A stretch of DNA of 64,000 nt from Lytechinus pictus (lineage: Eukaryota). Position numbers and translations under genes: made by a program. Shown piece by piece: positions 13,362 to 25,799 of this stretch. The stretch is taken from assembly GCF_037042905.1 (NCBI RefSeq), contig NC_087250.1, positions 22,074,001-22,138,000 on the forward strand, read 5' to 3'. Each line of letters begins with the position of its first letter. Positions within the stretch are counted from its first letter, which is position 1. Under the pieces are notes generated by a model that ran no database searches, was not told the DNA's origin, and saw only the letters and a program-made list of their open reading frames with translations.

Positions 13362-13996
13362 CAATCATATGTACATGTTGTGATTATGTTGGTGATTGCA
13401 AAACCATTGAAGGTCCCGCCAGCGAAATTAAGCAAGTTCGTAGTTCCATTCTGCGCATGATCAGAAGATTCTGCGCATGATCAGAGAAAGGTCATTTGTA
13501 CTAAAGTGGCATGGTGGTTTAAAATTTAATGAGATAAGCACCCACTTTGGTGTCTTGATTATTCATATATTCTTTTCAATTGTGTTTTTCATTTGCATCC
13601 ACAAAGAACAAAAATGCGTCCACGACTGGTATTTCACTGCAGTTTGCTAAGTACATTATACAACATGCTATGATATGCATTCAAAGTAGAAATGCAACAA
13701 ATACCTTCATGGAGTCTTCAATGGTGTGCTATTCTAGTCACCTGGTATAATTCAATTTCTTCATCCTGCTATGTAAGGCATGCATATGTTATATCCTGCT
13801 TTGAAATCTGCCTATCATAATGAAATAAATGAAAGGTCATTTGACCAAAATTGTCCCTGATGTAACTCCGAACTGGTCAATTCTGGAAGCCAATATGAAT
13901 ATTCATGACTTGCGTCTTCGGAATAAGAGTACGCATGAGCGTGGACTTTTCAAATTAGCGTTCACGTTGCAACGAATGAATCGGCACTCTCAAATT

Positions 13997-16976
13997 TATG
14001 GTGGCCCTGAAGGGACATCGCAAATATAGACCAAATCGCGAATATTCACGACGAAATTCACGACGTCGTGAATTTCGTCGCCAATTTCGTCGTGAATTTG
14101 TTTTGCTTGCCTGGGCGGTATGCAGCGGGTTGAAACCAAATCGTCTGCTGCTTATTCCTCCACTGCAGGGTCGATCTACATTCATTTAGTCTAATGCAAT
14201 TCTGTCCATTAACTTTTTGCCTAACAACCATATGGTCCAATAAACATTTGGTCCAGTCATCACTTCGTCTAATCACCAGTTCGTCTATGACCATTTCGTC
14301 TCATAACTAGTTGGTCTAATATCAATTTTATTTTCCTTAATTTCGCCCAATTTTTTTAACAAAAAAGGAGGGAAAAGAGAGGAGAAAAAAAGAAGAGGAG
14401 GAAGACGAGTTAAAAAAATAAGATGAGGGGAGGACATGGAAATAAAAAGAATCTTTCATGTCACTATATAAAATTTTCGCTCGCGCTCGCATTGCCTGTC
14501 AGGTGTTCCAGGGGCGGATCCAGCCTTCGCCAATAGGGGGGGGGGCGGAATTATTTTTCAGCCATATTTTCCCCGATCGGCCGCTCGAAGATGATTTTGG
14601 TTTCTGTGAAGGGGTGGTCTTCTTAGCTTTATTCTTATAAATCAACATAAATATATAATATCATAATCCTTAATAATGTGAGCGCGAAGCGCGAGCTAAA
14701 TTTTTTTGGAAATCTTATGTATTTTTTCCTATACTTTGAACATTCTGGGCAATGTTTGTTTTCCTTAAAAAAAATGTGTATGCAAATAAATAATTACTAC
14801 GAACGCGAAGCGCGAGCACAAATGAACTGGTGAAATAGGTACCTGTTAGAGACTGCATGCAGTTAGTCATGAAGACGTTATATATTTTAAAAATCAAATA
14901 ATGCGAGCGCGATGCGCGAGCTGAATTTTTTTGACATTTCTACATAAAGAATGGAAAATTCTAATCAATTTTTGTAATCGTGAACAGGATAGCTATATAA
15001 CTAAACAATTGATGCGAGTGCGAAGCGCGAGCGGGAAAAAAATCGAGATTTAGACCTAAATACGGGACACTCTATTCATGTTTTGTAAATTTGGAAAAGA
15101 ATGAGTAATTCCTACATTAATGATGCAAGCACAAAGTGCGAGCAGAAAATTGTTTATTTTGTGATCTGAAACTGGATAATGATTTAAATAGAGAACAAGT
15201 TGAATATCTTAATAAACATGCGCGCGCGTGTTTCACATTTAGACCTAGAATATAGGCATTCTAAATACATCTTTTATCATGAAAATCAAAGCGAGCGCGA
15301 AGCGCGAGCTTAAACTATTTGATATTCCGATCTGAAAAAAGAGACAATTTCAGCTCTATATTTCAAGCACTTTGTATAAAGAAAATTGTAAAGTGAATAT
15401 GGATTGCACAGAGCTGATTTTTTTCATTATGATTACTTTGAGTTTTGACATAGGACCGGCACATCCTTAGGACATGTAGGACATGTCATCATATGAACAT
15501 GATGACTGTCTTCCTATTCCTCTTGCTAAGCGCGAGATGAAACAAAAGGGACAATTCAATTATTAAATTAATATCTTATTCATTAATGCCTAATGAGGGC
15601 GTGAAGTCTAATGATATTATGGCCTGAAAACTGGACATTTCAAGCACTTTTGTAATTATAAATAGGATGCATCAGTTAATATATTTTTAACAATTAATGC
15701 GAGCGCAAATTGCGAGCCTAAATCTTTGCATTGTCATGAAAAGGGGATTGTATAATCAATATTGAGACATACGATCAAAATGCGAGCGTGTAGCGCCAGC
15801 TGATACGTTTTGACAATCAGACCTGAAAAGGGATATTTTGAAAACTTTATGGAATACACGAAAATAATAGGTACCTGATAAATCGAAATTTGCGGGCGCG
15901 CAGCGCGAGCAGAAAATGTTAATATTCAGAACATAAAACTGTCATATTTACAGAGCACTTTTTAAAAATCAATTTGTAAATCACGCAAAATAATGAGTTT
16001 GATTTTCGAGATGAAATATGTTTTGTAAATTGACTTCCAAACTTGATATTTAAACTCCATATTGAACAAGATATGAAAATCACCTAACAGGCAATGTGAG
16101 CGCGAAGCGCGAACGAAAATTTTATATAGTGACATGAAATATTCTTTTTATTTCCATGTCTTCCCCTCATCTTACTTTATTCACTCGTCTCGATCCTCCT
16201 CTTCTTTTTCTACTCTCTTTTCCCTCCTTTTTTTTTTTCTTTCTTTCCCTTTTTCCTTTTTTTTGCTCCGCCAATAGGGGGGGGGGGGGCCCTCGGCCCC
16301 CTCCCCCTGGATCCGCCTATGCATATGGATAGCAGTGGACATCGTTCTGTCGTTTCAATGTTTTTTTTCAATTCGTCTAATGCCAACTCGTCTGCTTTCA
16401 TTTGGTCTACCATCAGTTCGTCCACTATCCACATGGTCTAACTGCCATTTTGTCTAATAACCAAGTTGGTCCAATTGCCATTTATTCCATATGCCATTTG
16501 GTCTAATTAAACTAAGTGTTAATTGGGCGAAATTAAGGAAAATAAAATTGATATTAGACCAACTAGTTGGGAGACGAAATGGTCATAGACGAACTGGTGA
16601 TTATAGACGAAGTGATGACTGGACCACATGGCAAAAAGTTAATGGACAGAATTGCATTAGACTAAATGAATGTAGATCGACCCTGCAGTGGAGGAATTAG
16701 CAGCAGACGAATTGGTTTCAACCCGCATACCGCCCAGGCAAGCAAAACAAATTCACGACGAAATTCACGACGTCGTGAATTTCGTCGTGAATAATTCGCG
16801 ACGAAATTGGCGACGAAATTTACAATGTCGTGAATTTCGTCGCCAATTTCGTCGTGAATATTCAAATTAACGACGAAATTCACGACGAAATTGGCGACGT
16901 CGTGAATTTCGTCGCCAATTTCGTCGTGAATATTCGCGATTTGGTCTATTTGTGATGTCCCTTCAGGGCCACCATA
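13997..16976. mobile_element. ~3-kb composite foldback element with 6-bp TSD
   Basis: Ends TATGGTGGCCCTGAAGGGACATC / GATGTCCCTTCAGGGCCACCATA; CAAATT duplicated (13991-13996, 16977-16982); arms contain 11-bp CGACGAAATTY repeats. Confidence 0.8.
14509..16321. mobile_element. 1.8-kb hAT-like non-autonomous element with internal ~100-bp periodic repeat
   Basis: CAGGGGCGGATCCAG / CTGGATCCGCCTATG termini; recurring GCGAGCGCGAAGCGCGAGC motif. Confidence 0.75.
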
Positions 16977-18014
16977 CAAATTACCTGTAGGCCTACCCTT
17001 ACATTAGTAACATAGGCCTTATAACAGTGTATAAGCTTAGATCTATATCTAGATCCAATTCTTAAAAACTGATCAAACATAATGACAAGACAAAATGCTA
17101 CACTATGGCTAGGCTAGTGCTAGCCTAGGCTAGCACATTAACTTTATGTCAAATCTGGACATGTCTTTGCCTAAAAAATGCCAAAAATGTGCCGACTAAT
17201 GCCATGATCAAATTCGAACTGGTTAATTTCGAACTTTACGTTAAATTAGGTTAGACCAATTAGCTTAGTAGTTTTTAGTAGGTCTAGTCCGTATACAGAA
17301 CTAGTCCTACATCTAAAACATCTAAATAGATTTATCTTAGATCTAGTCTAGTCTCTAGACCTTGATAGACTCTAATCTACGCTGTATCAGCATGGAACGT
17401 ATTCTAATGTCGGGCGCAGTGAGCAGAACATGCACGTAAACTGTCTAGATCTATGTTTAACCCACGGCTCTGCATACTATTGCAAATTTTGCTGCCCGTT
17501 TTTATGTTAGAGCCGATTTTACTTGACACATCACCCCCCCTCCCCCCCCCCCAAAAAAAAAAAAAAAAAACAGCGCACCGTACCGGGCATAATGTAAACA
17601 AAATGAAGGTTGATAACGCATGTATAAATGGCTACGTACCCCCTCTTCCAGAGATAAAGTTACGTGTAGAATCAGCCAAAACAATCCTCATAGTGATACA
17701 TTCGGGGTATCTTTTACTATTATTAAAGTATTTTTTTATTTAATGATCATTTTGATGCTATAAATGCTATAAAATTGTTTTTAGGATCTCATACACACTT
17801 TTAGGCATATGAGAAGCATTGTTTAGCGTAATTTGTCTTTTCACTGAAAGGTTTAATGTAGCCAATAAAAAAATGGTTTCAAGGTGACGTCATATTATCG
17901 GCTTTAAATTATGTCCAGTCGATTTTACGCCCAAAGTTACCCCTAAACAAAATGTTAAAGTAAAAATATAACACGGACTACAATTGTGGCGCACTTTCAA
18001 CTCATTCTGGCCCA

Positions 18015-19617
18015 CAGTGGCGTAACAGGCGGGGGCCAGGGGGGGGGGGCAAGCTGCCCCCCTGGCGGATTTCACCGGGGAAAAAAAACGGAAAAAAATT
18101 AAAAGGGAGGGAGAAAGAAAGGGAAAGGAGAAGGAAAGGGGGAAAGGAGGAAAAGGAAAGTGAAAAGTGAAAAGAAAACGAAGGAGAAAAAAATATTTTT
18201 AATGGAAAAGGAAGGAAAGCGGGAAAAGGAACGAAAGAACATTTGAGAAAGAACAAATCATTCCGAAATAGGCCTATGTAATGCAATAGCATGATGGGAA
18301 ATAAATCAAAAGATGACAAAATGGCAAACAATAGCGGGAAATGAAGGTAGAATGGAATTAGTCAAATGCTATTGGAAAACAAAGAAAAGGGACAAGAAAA
18401 AACCTTAATAACATGACCGGGCTGCCGAGGATAGAAAATAAAGAGCGGGAAGAAAGATGGACTGCATACAACATTGTGCTATAAGCTTGCTAAATTTCAT
18501 GCAAATAAGCTACCGGGGCTTTGCCCCAGACCCCACGCAGTAGGGGCTCTTCATCTATAACCGTCAAATGGCTCTATAACGCCCCCTGTAGGGACCCTTC
18601 CTACATTAAGCTTTACGTTCAATCATTGGCGTAGAGGCGCGTGGGGGGTCTTGGTTCCACACCCAAGAGGAAATAAAAGAAACAATAGGAGACAACGTAT
18701 AATGAAATGAATGGAAACAATGAATATGATGAAATGTGTTATTTGCTGAATATAATGGATATCTATCACATAATCAAAATTTAATTTCAATAGGCTTTTT
18801 TTTTTTAGCTCGCTTTGCTCGCTGGCGACTTTTTACAAATTTTCCCACATTGCTATGTTTTGCCCCCTCGAAATATTTGGTTCAACTGGGTTAAATAAAT
18901 GTGTTGTGTAAAAGCTATATTCTGTATATACCTGCGATTTGATTAAAAATAGCGGCAATCTGCGAGGTTTAAATGGCTTTCATATCAAAAAGTTCCAGGA
19001 GCTCCAGACGGGCCCCCAACCGCATAGCACTGCCGTATATGAGTATAGAAGGGTTGGGCAATGGTCCCAAAAAACTTCTACAAACAAGAAAAAAAGGAGG
19101 AATGAAAAGTAAAGGAGAAGTGTAGGATATGATTTTATTTACTGAATATAATGTCAAAAAATATCTCAAAGTTAAATTCTCATGAAAATGTGATTTTTAT
19201 TCTCGCTCGCTCGAGACTTATATTATGCAGCTTTTTAGCACATGCGCCATACTGCGCCTCTCGTTTTTTTACTCTTCACGCTACTGCCGCAAAGAATCAT
19301 GTTCACAGTGGCATACGTACACCACAAAAAAAGGAATGGAAAGAGAAAAGAGTGAAATATATAATTCTCTGGATATCATGTCAAAATCTATCACAAAATT
19401 TGATTTTTGTATTAAAATGTCAAAATTTTTTGCTCACTCGCTTCGCTCGCTCGCAACTTTTTTTTAAAGATAAATTCTGTCTGATACGCAATGTCTGGCC
19501 CTCTCAAAATCGTCGCCTCATTACGCCTATTCATACCATGATATGACTGGGAAATTTTTGGCTCTTGCCCCTCCCCCCCCCCTCCCCCCCTGGCCACCGA
19601 CCCCTGTTACGCCGCTG
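18015..19617. mobile_element. 1.6-kb hAT-like non-autonomous element, uninterrupted copy
   Basis: TIRs CAGTGGCGTAACAGG / CCTGTTACGCCGCTG; 8-bp TSD CTGGCCCA; homologous to 39106-43531. Confidence 0.9.
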
Positions 19618-20038
19618 CTGGCCCACTCTGCGACGTGGGGAGAATTTTAGTATTATTGTTAAAATATCTCATAAGGTAGGTTCTATAAAGAGAATCAAAC
19701 AATGCCTCCCGCCTAGGATTCTTAAGAATTTATATTTTGCCATGGTTTTACCTTGATTATTGTTTTACTTCTTGGGGAAGCTGCAAAAACCAGCAAAAAT
19801 ATACATTAACTGCAGAAGAAGTATGCCCGGATAATTTTATAATTTTCTACACTCAAATGGTAAACAGAGGATGAACGTATTAATTATCAATATTGTGTTC
19901 TTGCTTTCAAAATACAAAACGATTTAGTACCAGCCTATCTGGAACCACTTATCTGCAAACGTAATGTAACTTATAAAAAACACGATGCTCTGAACAATTC
20001 CCCCTTCAAATACCCTGCCCAAGGACGGATTATAAAAG

Positions 20039-21473
20039 ACAAGGCAAAAGCGATTTTGTGTCTCGCCCACTTATGAAAATAACCAGAAATATCGTGATTT
20101 GCGACGGCACGCAACAGAATTGTATCGAAACTTCATTGTGAAATGACTGGGATGGAATGACACTTGTCATAAGAGCTTTGCACGTAAACTTTAATGTTGA
20201 CCTGAAAATGACCTTTGACCTTATGTGACCTCCGACTGCAGCATAGCATGCAGGTCCCCCAAGTCCATCTACCATATAAGTTTGGTTGAAAAGCGACTTA
20301 TGGTTGCGGAGTTAGGCGTCATAAGAGAGTCTTGCATGTAAACTTTAAAGGGGAATCCAGCCTTGGCCATTAAATGTTGTGTTGGGAAGGAGAAAAATAA
20401 ATTAAAAGGAATGGTGAAAGTTTGAAAGAAATCGGACAAGCAATAAGAAAGTTATAGCTGCTTTGAAATTGAGATCACTAATACTATCTAGATTTCAAAT
20501 TGGCAACTGGGTAAGTAAATTATGACAAGGGGCAAGGACAACTTTATCATAGGCCATGTACTTTATTATCAGGGATTTGTGATTTTCTCCTAAGTACTCA
20601 TTCCCCTGGGGCAGTAATCTAAATATAACCCAGGTAGTATATTGTTTTATGTCCTCATGAAAGAAAAATATAACTTGAAATATAACCTTTGGAAAAATGA
20701 CATTTTAGCCATAATATCTATTGGAGTACGTGGAAGAGTAGTCCTTGCCTTACATCACTATGACATCCCATATGCGGCCAATTTGAAGTCTCCATGGGTA
20801 TAGTGATTACCAATATTTACAACTTTTAAAAATTCATAACTTTCTTGTTGTTTGTCCAATATTGTTCAAACTTTCACCTATCAACTTGTCTGAGTTTTCT
20901 TTTCCTTATAAAAACAAGTTTTTCTTTGGGTTGGATTCCCCTTTAACGTTGAAATGAAAATGACATTTTACCTTATCATGTGACCTCCGACTGTAGCATA
21001 ACATGCATGTCCCCTAAGTCCATCTACCATCCAAGTTTGGTTGAAAAGTGACTTACGGTTGCGGAGTTAGGTGTCATAAGAGAGTCTTGCATGTAAACTT
21101 TAACGTTGACCTGAAAATGACCTTTGACCTTACCATGTGACCTCCGACTGCAGCATAACATGCAGGTCCCCCAAGTCCATCTACCATCCAAGTTTGGTTG
21201 AAAAGTGACTTACGGTTGCGGAGTTAGGTGTCATAAGAGAGTCTTGCATGTAAACTTTAGCGTTGACCTGAAAATGACCTTTGACCTTACCATGTAACCT
21301 CCGACTGCAGCATAAGATGCAGGTTCCCCAAGTCCATCTACCATCCAAGTTTGGTTGAAAAGCGACTTACGGTTGTGGAGTTATGTGTCATTAGGTTTGT
21401 GACGGACGGACGACTGACGGACGACATTTGGATCCCTAAGTCTCGCCTTCACCTCCGGTGGGCGAGACAAAAA
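20039..21473. mobile_element. Helentron-associated (HINE/DINE-1/Tsp-like) element with ~157-bp internal tandem array
   Basis: Subterminal inverted repeats GTCTCGCCCAC (20060) / GTGGGCGAGAC (21458), terminal stem-loop, (GACG)n tract near 21400, about 4 units of ~157 bp. Confidence 0.7.
20349..20942. mobile_element. TTAA-flanked MITE nested in a satellite unit
   Basis: TTAA|AGGGGAATCCA...TGGATTCCCCT|TTAA; removing it restores the AAACTTTAACGTTGA of the repeat unit. Confidence 0.85.
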
Positions 21474-22346
21474 TCCTTTGAATATGTTGCTACCGTCTTA
21501 TTTAAATTCGCTCCCTTGTGATATACAAAATGCACGTCCCTCTGTACATTCAAAAACACTGTAAATCATTAAAATTATGATTGCCATACACTGAATAACT
21601 TGATGTAATGATTCCATGATACTTTTTGATTCACTCTATATGTAAATAATGTATTCTGCTTTTACTCTATTATTATGTTACATACATTGAATTGCTATTG
21701 ATGTCGAGTTATTTGTTATACTGCAGGGCGCCTTTGGAAAGCAGTTTTGAATAACTGAACAGGCTCACCCTGCAGTATAAAATAAATAAAACAACTAAAT
21801 AAATAAAATACCCATAGTGTATCTTTCCAAATACTAACGTGAATTTGATGTGTGATTTCCCCTTGGTCATTTTATGTAGTCTTTACATGTAATATAGCCC
21901 TATTCACTCTCTTTCCATTTTCTATTATTAGTTCTATTTTATATATTTTCTGTATGTGATATATTTATATCATTGTTTTGTGATTTGACATTTATGTTTG
22001 TTCTTACTTGGATATTGAAATAAATGAAAAAAAATGATCTAACCATTGATGCACATACATGTAGTACACGTGCTCATATGATAGCTTTATTTTTTTTTTA
22101 TAGCTAATGAGGAGATCTTCCGGAGGATGATGGGTTCCTGATCTGCACGTTTGTAGTTATTTGTGCGGAAAACACTACACTCGCCGCGCACAGCTACACA
22201 CAACCTCTCACACACCATCGCGAGGGTGAGTGTCTGTGGGGGGGTGTGTGTGTATGTGTGACTATACAGCTTATTCACACTCAACAGTGTCAATATAATT
22301 TCACACTGTGGATGCATCGATGATGTGGATGTTTGTGTGTGTGGGG

Positions 22347-22378
<32 letters not shown>

Positions 22379-24031
22379 TACAGAGTGTATTCATACATTA
22401 ATGATATTGGACTATGAGAAATAACTAATGAACACATTATCAGAATGTGAAGAAATATGCAGGTGCTCTGACAAAATTATGTTCACTGAATTCTCCGAAC
22501 ACACTTGTAAGATAAGAAAGTTTCCTAGATTGTTCACATAGTCGACTATGTGAAAACATTATTTACACTGTTAAAATGTGGACACCTCAACAGTGTGACT
22601 GTTCAGGGTGTTTACACGGTCGACTATGTGATTCACACGGCTGAAATGCTGAGAGTGATTTCACATTGTGATCACACTGTGATACATACTAGGGGACACT
22701 GTGTTCTTTCCAGTAAGGCTGGTGAGAAAGTAATTTGGTTATCTTACATCGCCACTTCTTCATATAGGCGTCCACATGAATGAGTTTAGTTAGGAATTGG
22801 AATGATTGCTGGAACCTCGTCTCATCACGATAGAAAGAGATCATTAGCGCCCCCTGTAAGACTTTGTGTGAAAGTCTCACTTCCTCTGTAATGAATAATG
22901 CGAGAAGAAAAAAATTCAAATGCCTTTACTTTCCATATCTTCTCTCTCTTCTTCTTCTTCTTCCTTCCTTTCATTGTTGTCTTTTTTCTCTTCCTTTCCT
23001 TCTCACTTCCTTTTTTCTCCCCCCCCCCCCCTCTCTCTCTCTCTCTCTCGTTTCAGTTCATGGTAAGTCTGGGTCCCGTACGTCTTACAGTTTGGATTAA
23101 TCCAATCAACCTCAACTATATGAACATCCATCAAAACTTTTCATACAGGAAATTTGCGCAACGTCCTTTTGTAAACAATAAAATAGTTTAACCAAACATG
23201 CATTTCAGATATTGACGTGGGTGACTTTCAGGGTTGTGGTTGATCGCGCCAATCACAACTCTTTGTAAGAAGGGCCCCTGACCAATGGATAATGTTCTTA
23301 CAATTGAGACAGTCGAAACCAACATGATCAATGAAAACACAATTTGCACACAATCTCATGTTTCGGGAATAGCATTAAATTCAAGTTTTCCAACGGTAAT
23401 TTTAATTCATTTGTTGAGTTTGAAAATATAATTAGTTTAATCAAATAAAATTATATCTTATTAAGATTGTTGTATAAATAAAATGTTGTATTGAAGGGAT
23501 CCCCGAGCTGCGGAGTAAATTTCACCAAGCAAAGCGTTGAAAAATTCATCAAAATCTTATTACAAATATAAAAGTCATTGACGTTTAAGTTAAACAGCAT
23601 TTTGTGAAAACAGTAAGTGCACACCGTCATGAATATTCATCATAAGTGGGCTGATGATATCATGCCCACCCTCCCTCTTATTCATGAAGACATGCACATA
23701 ACCATTTCACCGAAATAATGCGAAATTTTAGAATGTCATAACTTTGTTATTATTCCTCGTCCAATTTTGATATTTTTTCAATCTTTTGTTTATCTCATTT
23801 CTGATTTCATTATCACTAATACACGATCTAATGACACAGGGGCATCGTCATTTTAGATTGGTAGGGGGCGGGTCACGAAGAACACTTGTTTTACATAGAG
23901 TTATATATATAATCAAGCTTTCTTCTTTTTCAAATTTTTTCTTGAATTTCTTTTTCATTTTTTTTTATTGTTTATTAATTTTCTTTTATGTTATTTTTTT
24001 AATTGCGAACTGACAAATCAATGGCCGGGGA

Positions 24032-25199
24032 GCGAAATTATTTTTCCCATCGCTGTTCTAGACCAAAATATGAATATTCATGACTTGCGTCTTCGGAATA
24101 AGAGTACGCATTCGCTGAAGTCGTACGTTAGCGTTCACGTTGCCACGAATGAATCAGCACCCTCAAATTACCGGTACCCTTACATTAGTTTCATAGGCCT
24201 TATAGGCTTAGATCTATATCTAGATCCAATTCTTAAACACTTATCAAACTAACATTAATGACAAGACAAAATGCTAGGCTAGGGCTAGCTTAGGCTAGCG
24301 CATTAACTTTACCTCAAATCTGGAGCTGTCAATATATGCCTGCGGCTGACTTACATGTATGTCATGGTTAACTTCGAACTGGTTAATTCCGAACTTTACG
24401 TTTAATTAGGTTAGACCAATTAACTTTTTAAACTGGTTTAATAGGTAGTCCGTATACAGAACCAGTTATTCTAGATCTGAATAAATTTATCTTAGATCCA
24501 GTTTAGTCTCTAGATAGACTCTGATCTACGCTTTATCATCATGTAACGTATTCTAACGTCAGGCACAAATTAACGTCAGAGAGCAGAACATAGCCTAACA
24601 AAATAAACTGTCTAACGCACGCGGCTCTGCAATCGCAGAGTAAACTTTCGATCTTGATCCCCGTCTGGACTAACAATAGGTCGATCTGCATTTTCTTTAC
24701 CAGTTATTAAGCTTTTAATTTCCTGTGCTCCAAATCGGTAATTGTGTTACTAGTTCTATATATTGACTAGACCTATTAAACAAAGGCGACCATGTATCAT
24801 TGCCATGGTCTAACGTAAGTAAACGTAACGCTCGGAATTAACCAAAGCCGCAGGCATATAGACAGATCCAGATTAGAGATAAAGTTAATGCGCTAGCCTA
24901 GACTAGCCATAGCCTAGCATTTTTTCTTGTCATTAATGGCAGTTTGATAAGTGTTTAAGATTTAGATCTAGATATAGATCTAAGCGTATAAATAAGGCCT
25001 ATGAAACTAATGTAAGGGTACCTGTAATTTGAGGGTGCTGATTCATTCGTGGCAACGTGAACGCTAACATACGACTACAGACCGAGTGAATTAATTTTGT
25101 AATGATGAAGTCCACGCGCATGCGTACTCTCATTCCAAAGACGCAAGTCATCAATATTCATATTTTGGTCCAGAACTGCGGTGGGAAAAATAATTTCGC
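24032..25199. mobile_element. Mutator-like foldback element (1168 bp)
   Basis: Long (~350 bp) imperfect TIRs GCGAAATTATTTTTCCCA... / ...TGGGAAAAATAATTTCGC; 9-bp TSD GGCCGGGGA (24023-24031, 25200-25208). Confidence 0.85.
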
Positions 25200-25571
25200 G
25201 GCCGGGGAGGGGGCATGTGGGACATCCCCTGCCCTTCAATATTCCTGTATTGATCTTTATTATATTCATTCAGTTGAAGAATCCAGCCAGGGGCGGGGGC
25301 ACGTCCGGTCAACCCCCCCCCCCCGGCTTCTCTTGAGAACCATATTTTTTTATTAAAGTTTTGGTGGAAAATTTGCATAACGCATGTGATGACTTAAATT
25401 CATTTTCTTCTCTTGTAAAAATTTTGCGTTACGTAAATGCCCATCATTGTGAAGTTAGGACCTCATTTCAATTTATTCATTTATTATTTATATTATCATT
25501 TCATTGTTTCAACATTTTTCGAGACCAAAAAAGCCCCCCCCCCCCCTTAGGAAATCATGGATCCGCCCTGT

Positions 25572-25799
25572 TTAAACTGCAGGTGTTTTACACATAAAAG
25601 ATTTCCTTGTGCCGCAGTCGTAGTCGTTCCATTCCTGGCGGTCGACTTCGTTATTGCCTTCGTTACGAATAGCAGCGCAGTCCTCCCCTCTATCGTCGTT
25701 AGGTTCATTGTGTTGCCAATATTTGAACGCGGAATCAGTTCCATCGGTCCATTCCCAACTTTGTTCCTGAACTGTGTCATGGAACCCGATCCAATATCC
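25572..25799 (-). CDS. Secreted C-type lectin A (echinoidin-like), coding exon 2 of 2
   Basis: Acceptor tttccatgcAG, phase 0; GYWIGFHD...W.W.DG...EPN...EDC...WND..C....F.CK then stop. Confidence 0.93.
   Translation of the reverse strand, partial: GYWIGFHDTVQEQSWEWTDGTDSAFKYWQHNEPNDDRGEDCAAIRNEGNNEVDRQEWNDYDCGTRKSFMCKTPAV

Larger units (their letters stand above)
13893..17450. mobile_element. Partial copy of the Mutator-like foldback family (see 24032-25199), split by a 3-kb insertion
   Basis: 13893-13996 and 16983-~17450 join to give a sequence colinear with 24067 onward. Confidence 0.75.

Noticed and set aside
12800..13480. 226-aa ORF
   Set aside because: Runs across two MITEs and homopolymer tracts; no recognisable domain.
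14678..16120. CRISPR-like array of conserved repeats with variable spacers
   Set aside because: Eukaryotic context, degenerate repeats, irregular and mutually similar spacers, no cas genes; it lies inside a TIR element.
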